64,000 nt of DNA from Ranitomeya imitator (Eukaryota): positions 57,722,001 to 57,786,000 of the forward strand of contig NC_091289.1 in the NCBI RefSeq assembly GCF_032444005.1, read 5' to 3'. Below the pieces are notes generated by a model. That model was given only the letters and a program-made list of their open reading frames with translations. It made no database searches and had not been told where the DNA came from. Below, one piece after another: positions 48,250 to 60,314 of this stretch; within the stretch, counting starts at the first letter, position 1; each line of letters opens with the position of its first letter. The position numbers were made by a program, and so were the translations under genes.

Positions 48250-49729
48250 TGCCGAGGTGGATCTTGCAGTCCTGGGCCTGGAGGATCTACCCTGGGAGAA
48301 ACGAGGACGCCAGGACGGAGTGGGCCTAAAGGACACCGCCTTCTTCTCTTGACGTGCCTGTGGCCTCTGTTGCTGCTGGGAAAAGGAGTTTGACGCAGCG
48401 AAGCGACGAAAAGGCTGAAAAGAACGAAACTGTCGTCTAGGAGGAGGGCGACGAGGCTTAGCCTGGGGGAGAAGAGAACTTGTACCCCCGGTGGCGTCCT
48501 TAATTATTTGGTCCAGCTGGGAACCAAAGAGGCGAGAGCCCTGGAAGGGCAGACTAGTGAGGGACTTTTTGGAGGACAAGTCCGCCTGCCAGGCCTTGAG
48601 CCAAACGGTCCGGCGGATGGCAATGGCATTGCTGGAAGCTTGAGCGGCACAAGACGCGACATCCAGGGAGGCGGAAACCAGGTATTCACCAGCGTGGGAA
48701 ATCTGGTTGGCAAGTTCCGCTAATTGCGCGGGAGGCGCCCCGTCCAGGATACCTCGCCGAAGATCCTTGGCCCATTTTGAAATGGATTTTGAAGCCCAAG
48801 TGGACGCAAAAGCTGGACATAGAGCCACTGAAGCCGCTTCAAAAGCAGATTTCGCAAAGGATTCTATAACTATCGTTAGAATCCTTCAGAGATGCTCCAC
48901 CGGACAGAGGAAGCACCGTGTTGGTGGACAGCCTGGACACAGGTGGATCCACTGAGGGAGAGACCGTCCAATTGGCGGTAAGTTCTGGAGAAAAAGGATA
49001 TAGCACACCCAGGCGTTTTCCCCTCTGAAAACGCCTAGTGGGGTTCTCTCTCTCTCTGGACAAGATTTCCTCGAATTCAGGATGAGGAGCGAAAAATTTA
49101 GAAGGTGGTTTGGCCCGTCTAAACGAAACCGCCTGATCTGCGGGTTCCGTAGAGGGATCCTTGATGCCACAGGTTTGGTTTATTGCCCCAATGAGGTTCT
49201 GTACTGTCTCACTCATGGTGGCGATTTGGTTAGGATCCAGCTCTGAAATATCCTCCGAAGGCGCATAAGATAATGCCTCGCCCGACTCAGGGGAGGAGGA
49301 TCGGTGGGACACCAACCGCGGGGGAGGGCCAAGCGGCGAGATGGAGCGCGAAGAGGACTCAGACCGACGTTCCTGTCTGGACCTTTTGTGGCTTATCAAG
49401 GAGGGCTCGGGCGGCGGTTCCTGCGATTCGCTGGCCACTGCAGGGGTAACCGATCCAGCGCGGACACTAGGGTTTGAGATACCCGTGTTAAATCGGCCAC
49501 CGATTGTGACAGAGAGGCGGCCCAGCCTGGGATGGGGGGGATCACTCTCGGGCGGAACAGCCGGGGGATCCTGGGCGGTGGGAACAATCGGGTTGCTGCA
49601 GGACTGACACAGCGGGGAGGACTGACCTGAGGGAAGTTTGCTGTTACAGGACGAACATGCAAAGTACGTGACTAAGGCAGAAGATGAAGAAGTCGGAGGA
49701 CGAGAGCGGCCCCCTTTAGAGTTAGACAT
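48250..49729 (-). pseudogene. DIRS ORF1 gag-like protein
   Basis: N-terminal CSSC...CQSC zinc-finger-like motif and RRTVWLKAW...LPFQGSRLFGSQLD block; one frameshift near 48870. Confidence 0.8.
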
Positions 49730-51325
49730 TTTGAAGAGGTCCCTGAAGAAAATGCCAGCAGGTTAGGGGACAGTGGGGCAGAGGAGGGTGTCAGTCTGCA
49801 GTGCAGAGCTACTCACGGCAGACGAAAAACCCCCGGATACCAGGAGCTGCAGGCCTGGAGGAAGATGCGGTGGATCCCCAGCGCAGATGGCGTGCTGTGT
49901 TCCCAGAAAGAGCGCTCTGCGAAGTTCCCCCGGCGCAGGAGCGTGGCACGATGAAGAGAACTCGTGCCCTGAGCGTCCAGCAGCGGCGTGGAGGAAGGGG
50001 CGGAGCCAGCCGAGATGGCGCCGGTGGGTGGGGAATGCCGGGCAGAGTTTGTCGGGCGGGAGAAAGCCCGCCCGATGATACCGGAAGTGACGGAGCGCGT
50101 CACCGGAAGTAGGCCCCGGGGGAAGCCGGGGCCTAAATTAGCAGCCGGTGACCGCTGAAATGGGTGCCGGCGCCGAGGAAAAGGTGCGGGCGTCCCGTCT
50201 GACAGGCGCGGCAGCCGCCGCATGAACAGCGGAGCGCCGGTGTCGGCGCCGGAAGTAGGCCCCGGGAAGAGCCAGGGCCTACATTATAATAGCGGCCGAG
50301 ACGACCGTGGCCGCTGAAAAGGAGGGACCGCGGCAAACTTAAAAAGGTACCGCCGTGGAGATAAAAACAGAGCGGCTGTCTGTAGTGGGGCCGCGCCGCA
50401 GAGGAAAGGGTCTGGGGCACCGATTAGAGGTGCAGAGCCACCGTGGGAAGGTAGCGCGGCCGGAATTAAGAGTCGCCGCGCAAAAGATGGGCCCCGGAAA
50501 TTGTCCCTAATTGCTAGTACAGGAAGGGTGCTGCCGCAGGAATAGCAGTGCGGCCGCAGAAATGCAGGAAGAAGGGAATCCCGAGGCCCCCCAAATACTC
50601 ACCTAATATCCCACGCCGTCTACTAACCTTAAAAACGTGGAAGATATTAGACGTCCTTGGAGCTGATGGACGTCCTCGTCTCCTCCGACCGACAGGCTCT
50701 GGAAGGCGAGTGGGTGGCGACGGAGCCAGGACCGGACTTCTGAGCACGCTTGTGTGCTAGGATCTTGGTCCTGGAGAGGGATCTATGAGGATACGGGGTG
50801 GCAGTACACGCCGTACTCATAGTCCGCTTTGTGGGACTACAGGTGTGACTGTTCACCCTGTATCCCTTCCGAAAACCTGAAAAAGAAACGACGCACATTG
50901 AGGTAGATAAGGGTCTAATGAAAGACCCGTGTCCACCTCCTACTGACACTAAGCTAAACTGAAGAGTCTAATGCCAGTCGGTGGGGTGTACACTGCAGAG
51001 GAGGAGCTAACTTTCTTATTTGCATAGTGTCAGCCTCCTAGTGGCAGCAGCATACACCCATGGTTCCTGTGTCCCCCAATGAGAGGCGATAAAGAAACTA
51101 ACTTTAAATGACAGAATTTCTGTAAGTAAAAGCTGATGTTAAAAAAGCATTGCATAAGAATGCTAGGTGAGAAAAATCACATTATATTTGCATGACACTC
51201 GTCCTACTTTTCTGGATCAACATCAGTGCGATTTTTTTTTCCCCTTTACACAGAAAAGAGCCCTTAGTCAAGGGATTCTGATTAGGACATAGAATATAAT
51301 ACACTGTGGTGACTACAACACTTGC

Positions 51326-51485
51326 CTGATTCTGCCTGAGCAGCTCCTTTACTTCTTGCTGGTATTTTTGCAGTTCTCTGTCTCGCTCTGATGCCGCCTG
51401 ATTCAATGCTCCAATCTCTAAGCACTTCTGTGAGTAACGTTCGGACAAAGTCTGCAGCTCCCGCCTTAGTGCTTCCATATCAGAC
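51326..51485 (-). CDS. triobp: triobp coding exon ([27 protein letters not shown]...ELLRQNQ), GC donor
   Basis: GGGCAG|G acceptor; 160 nt phase 2-0; donor CAG|GCAAGT; [11 protein letters not shown] is diagnostic. Confidence 0.95.
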
Positions 51486-51642
51486 CTGCCCAGAGGATAA
51501 AAGAGAAAAAAAGAAAACCTATAAGCAACCTGCATGACATTTTGATGCCATAATGCATCGCTTGGCAAAGCACACTAAACATGCATGGATGAGGAGCTGC
51601 TGTGTCCAAAACAACAAATAAAATCATTGCTTGTAGCAAATG

Positions 51643-54600
51643 CGCGTGTTCACACGTTGCGTTTTTCCAGAGGAAAAAAATGTTGTGTTTTACTGTACCA
51701 GCAGAGTGAATGAGATTTCACAGGTTGCTTATTCTTTTCTTGTAGATTTGAAGCAGTTTCATATCTGCAGCATGTCAATTTTTTCAACTTTTTTTGCAGT
51801 GTTTTTTACCCATTCAAATGAATGGGGGAAAAAAAAATACATAAAGCACACAAAGTATTTGTAACAGAGATGTCTGCATTAAAAAGCGCTGTTGTCTACT
51901 CCCATCTGTACTGAAAACAAGTTTCTTGCAGGAAACATGTACAATAAAACAGGATTTTTGGTTGCTTACTGTAAAATCTTTCTCGGAGCCTTCATTGGGG
52001 GACACAGGAACCATGGGTGTATGCTGCTGCCACTAGGAGGCTGACACTATGCAAATAAAAAACGTTAGCTCCTCCTCTGCAGTGTACACCCCACCGACAG
52101 GAAGTAGGATATTCAGTTAGTGAGAAAGCAGTAGGAGAAGCAACATGTTAAAGATAGAAAGTCAAACTGTGACAATATAACACAATAAAACAGAGCTGTT
52201 CAACTTGGGAGGGTGCTGTGTCCCCCAATGAAGGCTCCGAGAAACAGATTTGACGGTAAGCAACCAAAAATCCTGTTTTCTCTATCGCCTCATTGGGGGA
52301 CACAGGAACCATGGGACGCCCAAAGCAGTCCCTGGGGTGGGAACAGCAGGAAAAAAACTCCATTCAGGTTGGAGAACTTACCACTGCTGCCTGCAAGATC
52401 CTTCCGCCTAGGCTGGCAACTGCCGAAGCGTAGGTATGGAGCTTATAACATTTGGCAAATGAGTGAATGGAACACCAGGTTGCCTTGCAAAGTTGTAGGG
52501 CGGATGCCCCATGGTGTACCGACCAGGAGGCGCCCACTGCCCGGGGCAGAGTGAGTCTTAATCCCAGGAGGAGTCACTCTGTTCCTGACCCGGTAAGCCT
52601 CCAAAATAGCAGGTCTGATCCAGAGAACAATTATAAACTTGGAGGCTGGCAGGCCTCTTGGCGCACCGTCTGGAATGACAAATAGACTGTCCGTCTTCCT
52701 AAAGAAGGTGGTCCTAGACAAATAGATCCTCACCGCCCTGACCAGGTCTGGCCTGTTCAGCGAACGCTCCAGAGTATAGGTCGGAGCAGAACAAAAAGGT
52801 GGGAAGGACGATCTTATTGAAGTAACAAGGAGGACACCACCCTGGGAAGAAAAGGCGACGATGGCCGTAAAACTACCTTATCTTGGTGAAGAACCAAGAA
52901 ATGGGGCGACAGGAGAGAGCCACCAAATCTGAGACGCGCCTAATGGAGGTGATGGCCACCAGAAACGACACCTTGCAGGACAGAACAGACAGTGAGGCCT
53001 CATGGGGAGGTTCAAGGGGGGAAACCCCACTGAGCCTCCAGAACAAGATTAAGGTCCTTGGGATCCACGAGAGTCCGGTACAAGAGAGCTGCATGCACCA
53101 CTCCTTGAAGAAAAGTTCTGACCTGAGAACGGGACGGATATATATCCTTGTACCGTGATAGCCAGTAGATAGACAAATATTTGGAATTGAATTAGTCTAT
53201 GCCTGATGAAGAGGCCTGAGAAGTCTCGAAGGTTTGCAATTTGGTACCATCTTTTCAGTTAGCCATTAAGAGGTATCAACCACCGAGGTCTCTCAGATCT
53301 AAATATCTGACCTGAGAACGGGAAGTCAAGGACTTCTGAAATGGGACTTCAGAAAGAGAATGGAAAGCGTTGCTACCTGACCCTTTAGAGGACTAAGGGC
53401 AAGGCCAGCATCAAGTCCCGCCTTGAGAAAAAGGCCAAATGGAAGGATTCAACAGCCAAGATGTTAAATTGAACAACCAAGAACTCTGGTGGCAGATCGG
53501 TCCTTGGGACAGAAGATCTGGCCTGTCTGGGGCCTTCAGTGGAAGTCCGCGAGATTGACGATCTCAGCGAACCAGAACCTTCTGGGCCAACCTGGTGCGA
53601 TCAGAAAGACTGGCACCCCCTCCGCAATGATCTTCAACAGCCTGGGAAGAAGGGAAGGGGAGGAAACAGATAGGGAAATACAAAATGCGACCCAGGAATA
53701 GCCAAAGCATCGGTCTCCACTACAAGAGGTTCGCGGACCTGGAAACAAACGGTGGAACCTTCCTAAGCAGTCGCGACGCCAAGAGATCCGCATCCGGAGA
53801 TCCCCATCAAAGGCAAATTTGAAGGAAGACCTTCCGATGCAGGGACCACTCTCCTGCCGAAAGGCCCTCGTGGCAGCGAAAAACACCGCGGCCTAGTTGC
53901 CAACGCCGGGAATATGCACTGCGGATATTGCCGGAACCGTCGCCTCTGCCCAGAAGAGGATCTTGGATACCTCCACCATTTCCAAGAGACTGATTCCCTC
54001 CCTGGTGTTTGACATATGCCACAACCGTGGCATTGGATGTCTGGATTCTGACTGGCAGACCTCGGAGAACCTTTCCCCAGTGACTCAGGGACAGAAGAAT
54101 GGCCGCTATCTCAAGGATGTCGATCGGCAGAGGAGAAGCCTGCTCCGAACAACGCCCCTTTAACTGACGGATTGCGGGAAACCGCGCCCCAGCCGGGAAG
54201 GCTGGCGACCGTCGTCACCACCTGCCATGGGCGAGAAGGAAGGACCGGACCTGGGGAATGAGAGGGGATGACAGCCACCAGCTGAGAGACCATTAGAATC
54301 GGACGGAAGGCCGAATCGGATGATCCAGAGACAGCACAGACCTGTCCCACTGAGAAAGGATGGCCTGCTGAAGTGGAACTGCGCAACAGGGAACGCTTCC
54401 GATGCTGCCACCATTCGTCACAGGACCTTCATTGCTGAACGGAAGGAAGGCAGCCGAGGGCCTTGCAGAGAACTCCGTCCTGGAGAATTGCCCGTTTCTC
54501 CTTGAGAAGAAAAAATAACAGAAAACCCTCGACTGACAGGTGTCGAACAGCATGCCTTAGAAGACGAGGCACTGACTCGGAACAAGACAAGACTTTGTTC

Positions 54601-57060
54601 TGCTGACCAGCCACCAGAAACGGGACAGGGAGTCGAGGACGATTGTCACTCTCCTGGGCCTGAGAGGGGGGCGGAGCCTTGATGTCTTCGAGGTACGGAA
54701 TGAGCACTAGGCCCCTGATCCTCAAAATGGCCATAAATGTAGCCATGATCTTTATGAAGACACTGGGTGCGGTCGCAAGACCGAGTGGCAGGGCGATGAA
54801 CTGGAAATGACTCTTCTGCGCCACGAAACGCAGGAGACACAGGTGTGCTGGGAAAATCAGAACATCGAGATAAGCTTCTTGGATAACTATGGAGCACAGG
54901 AATTCCTGTGGTTCCATGCAAGCCAATACTGAACAGAGGGACTCCATCTTGAAATGCCGCAGGCGGAACCTTTTGTTCACTAACTTAGGAACCAGATGGG
55001 TCGAACTGTGCCGTTCTTCTTCGGCACTACAAGCAGGTTTGAATAGAAACCTGTGAAGCGTTCCTACTCTGAGATGGAAACGATAACCTCCGAACAAAGA
55101 AGAAAGGCAATGGACGCAAAGAAACCTGGGATCAGATTAGGATCTTTTAGAGGGTGGGATTCGAAGAAGCGATTCCGGGGCCGCGAAGCGAACCCCATCT
55201 TGTATCCAGAGGATACCACCTCCCTGACCTCGATCGAGGCAAGCCAAACGTCCCTGCAAAAAAGAGAAAAAAAAACAGACGCCCGCCCAAACTGGGAGGA
55301 ACGCTGGGCCCTGAGCACGAGTTATGCCAAGGAAGATCTGCCAGGTCTGGGCCTGGTGGAACTACCATGGGAATTGAGGGAACGCCAGGAAGGGGTAGGC
55401 TTGAAGGAAGCCTTTTCTCTAGCCAGGCGAGACCGCGGTCTGTGCTAGCCAGAGGAATATTCTGACGCCGCAAACCAGTGAAAGGACAAAAAGGGAGCTG
55501 AACTGCCATATCAGGGGAGGCCAGCGACGCTCGTGCCTCCTGTGGCGTCCCTAATAATTTGTTCCAGCATGTAGTCAAAGACGGGCCCCCTGGAAAGGGA
55601 GGCTGGTAAGGGACTTCTTTGAAAACAAGTCCACCTGCCATGTCTTGAGCCAAATATTCCACCAGATGGTCACCATATTGCTGGATACCTGAGCTGCACA
55701 AGACGCGCATCTAGGGAGACAGCTACCAAATATTTCCCTGCATAGGAAATCTGGTCCGTCAGGTTGGCCAGCTCCCCCGGAAGAGGTCTAGCCGTGGTAC
55801 CCTTACAAGGCTGTTTGGTCCATCTAGCTGTGGTCCTTGAGACCCAGGTAGAGGCAATGGCCGAGGCACAAAGCAGAAGTAGCCACTTCAAAAGGCTGAT
55901 TTTTTCAGCGATTCTATAATTGTATCCTTGGAATCCATGAGGGATGCTGCATTAGAAAGTGGAAGGACCATGTTGGCGGACAGTCTGGGGACTGACGAGT
56001 CCGCTGCCGAGAAATCAGTCCAGTTAGCGATGAGCTCAGGGGAGAAGGGATATAGGATGCCGAGACGCTTCCCTGTCTGAAAGCATCTGGTATGGTTCAC
56101 CTTTCCCCTGGCAAGTACCACAACAAATTCAGTGTGTGGAGCAAAGACCTTGGAAGTTGGTTTTGACCGTCTAAACGAAACCGACTTTTCTGCGGGTTCC
56201 ATAGAGGTATCCATGATGCCTAAGGTCTGGTTGACTGCAACAATAAGGCTTTGCACCCCATCACTCATGCTAGAGGCCTGTAGTGAAACAAAGTCTGAAT
56301 CTTCCTCTGAAAACATGACCGAGGACGCCCGTCTGACTCGGGAGAGGAGGATCTGGAAGAGGGATCTCACCGTACCAGACCGGAGGGCGAGATGGATCGG
56401 GAAAAGGACAGAATTTCGCTCCTGTCTGGATCTCTTGTGACCTGTGTTGAAAAGGCCGGATGGAGAATCCTGTGACCCACTGGCAACTGCGGGGGGCTGG
56501 GAGGGACAATCTGTCAAGCACGGACACCAGGGACGTGACATCCTGGTGAGGTCCGCCACAGACCGAGACAGAAGGAAAGCCCACCCAGGGATAGGGGCCT
56601 CGGTCTCACCCGGGGTAGGAACTCCTGGGCGGTGGGTTCATGATGAGCAGACCCATTAACTGATGCCAGAACATTAAGCTAAACTGGATATCCTACTTCC
56701 TGTCGGTGGGGTGTACACTGCAGAGGAGGAGCTAACGTTTTTTATTTGCATAGTGTCAGCCTCCTAGTGGCAGCAGCATACACCCATGGTTCCGGTGTCC
56801 CCCAATGAGGCGATAGAGAAATGAGCTTTGATGTATTTTTTGCATGCGTTTTTGATGAATTTTTCCCCATTCATTTGAATGGGTGAAAAAATGCTGCAAA
56901 AAAGCTGAAAGAATTTACGCTGCAGATATGAAACTGCAAGTAAAAAGTAAGCAGCGTGTACATGACACTTCAGAAAGTTCACTTTGCTGAGGCGGTAAAA
57001 CTTTTTACGTGGCAAAAACATGTGGAAAACCAAGGCAAAAACGCAATGTGTGAACATGCC
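51643..57060. mobile_element. Palindromic Harbinger-type MITE split by DIRS-B
   Basis: GCGTGTTCACACG left, GTGTGAACATGCC|TTA right; arms 51755-51830 and 56860-56940 are reverse complements. Confidence 0.7.
51946..56821 (-). mobile_element. DIRS1 retrotransposon (DIRS-B), same family as DIRS-A, more decayed, with a deleted 5' region
   Basis: ITRs 51992-52098 and 56700-56821, ICR 52217-52320; fragments of gag, RT (LPLGLATAP, PYLEDI), RNase H and YR. Confidence 0.95.
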
Positions 57061-57570
57061 TTAGAAAAAATAAAGCAGAACCCATCTAGGCCACATCACT
57101 CCCCCCATTTTTTCCCATTATGATATCTTTGGGATGATCCCTTTCAGATGGTCCTCTCCTGCTATGTGGCGGCATTAGTTTATGGTTTCTCAGTCTTCTG
57201 TCCATCATGGTGTAAATACTTATGTTCTAATTTTGGGAACGACTTCTTCGCTGCACCCAGTGTACAGGTCATAGTGTAAAAATATGATGTCTGGACGCTT
57301 TGATGGAACAGTTTTCTCTTTGCCTGTACTTTTTATTTTTACGTATCAACATGTTCTCTATCTTTGATTGTAAATGATGGTCTGTTATATCTATGATGGA
57401 ATTTATAAGGTCCATAGATGGAGAAGGGGAGTGAGGACGGGGGAGCGTGTTATTTGAAAAAGGAAAAATTAAAAAAAATTGTATCCAATTTAAAAAAAAA
57501 AAGTGATGTCGCAAATCTACATGTTAAAATTTAAAAAAAAAACAACAAAAAACAAACAAGAAGTGCCTAC

Positions 57571-57685
57571 TGGTGCTGCCGCCGGATCATCTCGTTGGTT
57601 GAGGAGCCGCCATGTTGGAATGTCCGAGCCTTCTCCACTTCTCTTTGTAGTTCTTCCTTGTGAGCAGCCCGTATGGCGTCAATCA
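57571..57685 (-). CDS. triobp: triobp coding exon (VIDAIRAAHKEELQREVEKART...MIRRQH)
   Basis: TCTTCCACAG|TG acceptor, CA|GTAGGC donor, 115 nt phase 1-2; joins both neighbours in frame. Confidence 0.92.
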
Positions 57686-58113
57686 CTGTGGAAGAGCAAA
57701 GAGGATACTAAATATCTACACATATTACCTGCAGAATTAGCAACGCATGTCAGCCATCAGTCTGGAGATCGGGGTCCAGCTGCTGGGTCCACCATGCCCG
57801 GACAAAGCCATAGTGATGGAGCCACTCAATAAGAAGAATACAAACACTTGCACCATTTCTCTGTACAGAATGGTCTCAGTGTTTCCCAAAATTTTACACT
57901 AGGATTCTGTAAACATCCAGCCGCAATCTGATTCCTTGGCTGCTTGCAGACACTATGTAGCAGGTGTGTACGATTTGACTATAGCTGCTATCAATTCCAT
58001 ATTGATTAACAGAAGGACTTTCATTACATTGCAGACGATCTCTGACAACTCATCCAATAGAGTAGTGTTAGCAGAACGGGCGAAGAAATATCCATTACTG
58101 TACTCCGCCATAC

Positions 58114-58261
58114 CAGATGCTGTGGCTGCGGTCTCCTCCGCTAACAGCTGGTCCTTCTCCTGCCGCAGTCTCTGGATCTCCCATTCATGGTGTCTCTGGA
58201 GTTCAGATAAAAGCTGCTTGTGCGAGTTCTCCATCTGAGAGAGGCTGTGCTCACAGGCCTC
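58114..58261 (-). CDS. triobp: triobp coding exon ([14 protein letters not shown]...[16 protein letters not shown])
   Basis: TTGCAG|GAG acceptor, G|GTATGG donor, 148 nt phase 0-1; [11 protein letters not shown]. Confidence 0.95.
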
Positions 58262-59097
58262 CTGCAATACAGAGTAAAGGGAATGTGTGCGTACAACATT
58301 ATTGCTGTTAGATGTGATGCACATGTATCAGAGTCCCAAAATCAAGCAAATATTGGATGTTTGGATGCAAATTGCCAGAAATAGAGAGCCTGTTACGCCA
58401 CTCATGCTGGCTGCCCAAATCTCTAGCAGCATGAATCAGAGATTTTGGTATCTCTACTCAGGTTTGTCACATTCATTCTCGCTTCAGGAGAAAGCTGTGA
58501 GGAAGTGAGAACTTTTACTTCTTTGCATATTTCTTATTTCTGCCATTAGGTGGCGCCATTACCTACAAGAACAGTTGGAAGGCGTTCTGTGCAGTGTGGA
58601 TAATGGGAGCCATAGCCAGGGATGACCATCAGACAGTGACCAGGCACAGGACACGGGCTAACCTTTCTGGTAACTAAACTCTTCTACTACATTCTACTTG
58701 GCAGAATTCATTTCTCTGAATATTTGTACAAAAACTTATCTATAATTATTTATGGTTAATAATAGAGCAAATGAATCATATCAGGAGGCGGAAAAGCACC
58801 AGATCATGAACTATTTGTATTTTATAATTGCTGTGACAACTTCTTATGAATGTATACAAAATAAGGGGGAAAAAAAAGTCTATGCCCACCATGATGTGGG
58901 AAGGCAAAAAAAAAAAAATTAAAAAAAGTTTGCCTAGGTGTCCCAGATTTGATACACCACATTCACCCTTTTAAATTTGTTGCAATACAGATACGGTAGT
59001 CTAAACTTGATTTTCAGAAATTAGCACTGCTGAAACATTCTCTATTGGGTCACGGAAGGGCTGTCCTGCTAAATACCTGAGCAGGGTACATGATTAA

Positions 59098-60078
59098 AGA
59101 GAATCCATCAGCAGATATTTTGTTATGTAATCCAAGAGCAGCACAATGTAGGTAGGGTACGAGAGCCCCGATTCCAGTGGTGTCACTTACTTAGGCTGCT
59201 TGCTGTCCTGATACAATCGTTTTCTCTGCTGTACAGCCGTGTATAACCCCGCCCACATCACTGATTGGCCGCTTCCTGTGTACACTGCTAATCAGTGGAA
59301 GGGGCGGGGTTACACAGAAGAATGACATAGGAGGCACGAGGCACTTCGGCTAGTTTCACACTAGCGTTTACCTGATCTGCGGTGGGCTGTGGACTTCCTC
59401 CGTGAAGCCCCGCCCTCCACCGCACCTCCGCTGCTAGCTCCGCCTACATCTGCATGCAGCCCGCATGCGGCCGGCGTACCTATATTTAACATTAGATACG
59501 CAGGTCGTGCGGCTGTATGCGGATGGTGCCGCATGCGTCGTTTTGACGATGCGGCGACCAGTGTAGGACGCAGCCTGTAGCATTTTTTTTTCCGCATCCT
59601 CAAAACGACGCATGCGGCACAATCCGCATACAGCCGCACGACCTGCGTACCTAATGTTAAATATAGGTACGCAGGCCGCATGCAGATGTAGGCGGAGCTA
59701 GCAGCGGAGGTGCAGCAGAGGGCGGGGTTCACGGAGGAACTCCACAGCCCGCCGCAGATCAGGTAAACGCTAGTGTGAAACTAGCCCAAGTCATGTACTG
59801 ATAATTTCCTGCTGATAAAATACTGATTTTATTGAAACAGCAACACACAGCAATGACAAACGACACTATAGTGTTCAAAACGCGTTGCTGCAGTCATTGA
59901 TGCCATGTAATTTTTATTTTTACCAGTCCCTTGGAGTCCGTGCTTCAACACGCCACACACAGGGTGAGCTGGTTTTTCAATTTTTTTCTGACAGACTAGT
60001 AATACATCACTGTAATCAGGGTCTATGTCCCTATATCATGCTGCTCTCTGACATAGCAAAAAACTTCTGACATTCCCT
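59098..60078. mobile_element. Degenerate T2/Kolobok-type MITE
   Basis: TTAA at 59094-59097 and 60079-60082; AGAGAATCCATCAG / CTGACATTCCCT ends. Confidence 0.6.
59348..59786. mobile_element. Palindromic Harbinger-type MITE nested in the T2 MITE
   Basis: GGCTAGTTTCACACTAGCG / CGCTAGTGTGAAACTAGCC; arms of about 210 bp, near-perfect; TSD not clean. Confidence 0.8.
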
Positions 60079-60314
60079 TTAATGTATGACTCTTGGAGGG
60101 TCCGTATAGTGGGACCCCACTGCAGCAATGGTCTGCCTGTCTGACCACTACTCTATGCACTTTTTATGGGACTTGTTGACAGACATTTTCCACCAGCCCC
60201 ATAGAAAAGAATGGAGTTTTCAAGATTTGTAGGGTCCCAGCGATCAGACTTCCAGCGATATCACAGTAGATTTATCACCTATCCGATCAATAGGTGATAA
60301 ATGTATTTAGTGGG

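Larger units (their letters stand above)
44926..51097 (-). mobile_element. Near-complete DIRS1 tyrosine-recombinase retrotransposon (DIRS-A)
   Basis: Inverted terminal repeats (about 44975-45100 and 50960-51097), internal complementary region at 45212-45310 joining both termini over TTT, and gag-like, RT-RNase H-MT and YR ORFs. Confidence 0.97.

Noticed and set aside
44841-56659. Numerous antisense and off-frame ORFs over the DIRS elements as separate genes
   Set aside because: Shadow ORFs of GC-rich, multiply overlapped retroelement coding sequence.
36270-58261. mprip rather than triobp
   Set aside because: [26 protein letters not shown] and the C-terminal [10 protein letters not shown]...stop match recalled TRIOBP, not MPRIP.
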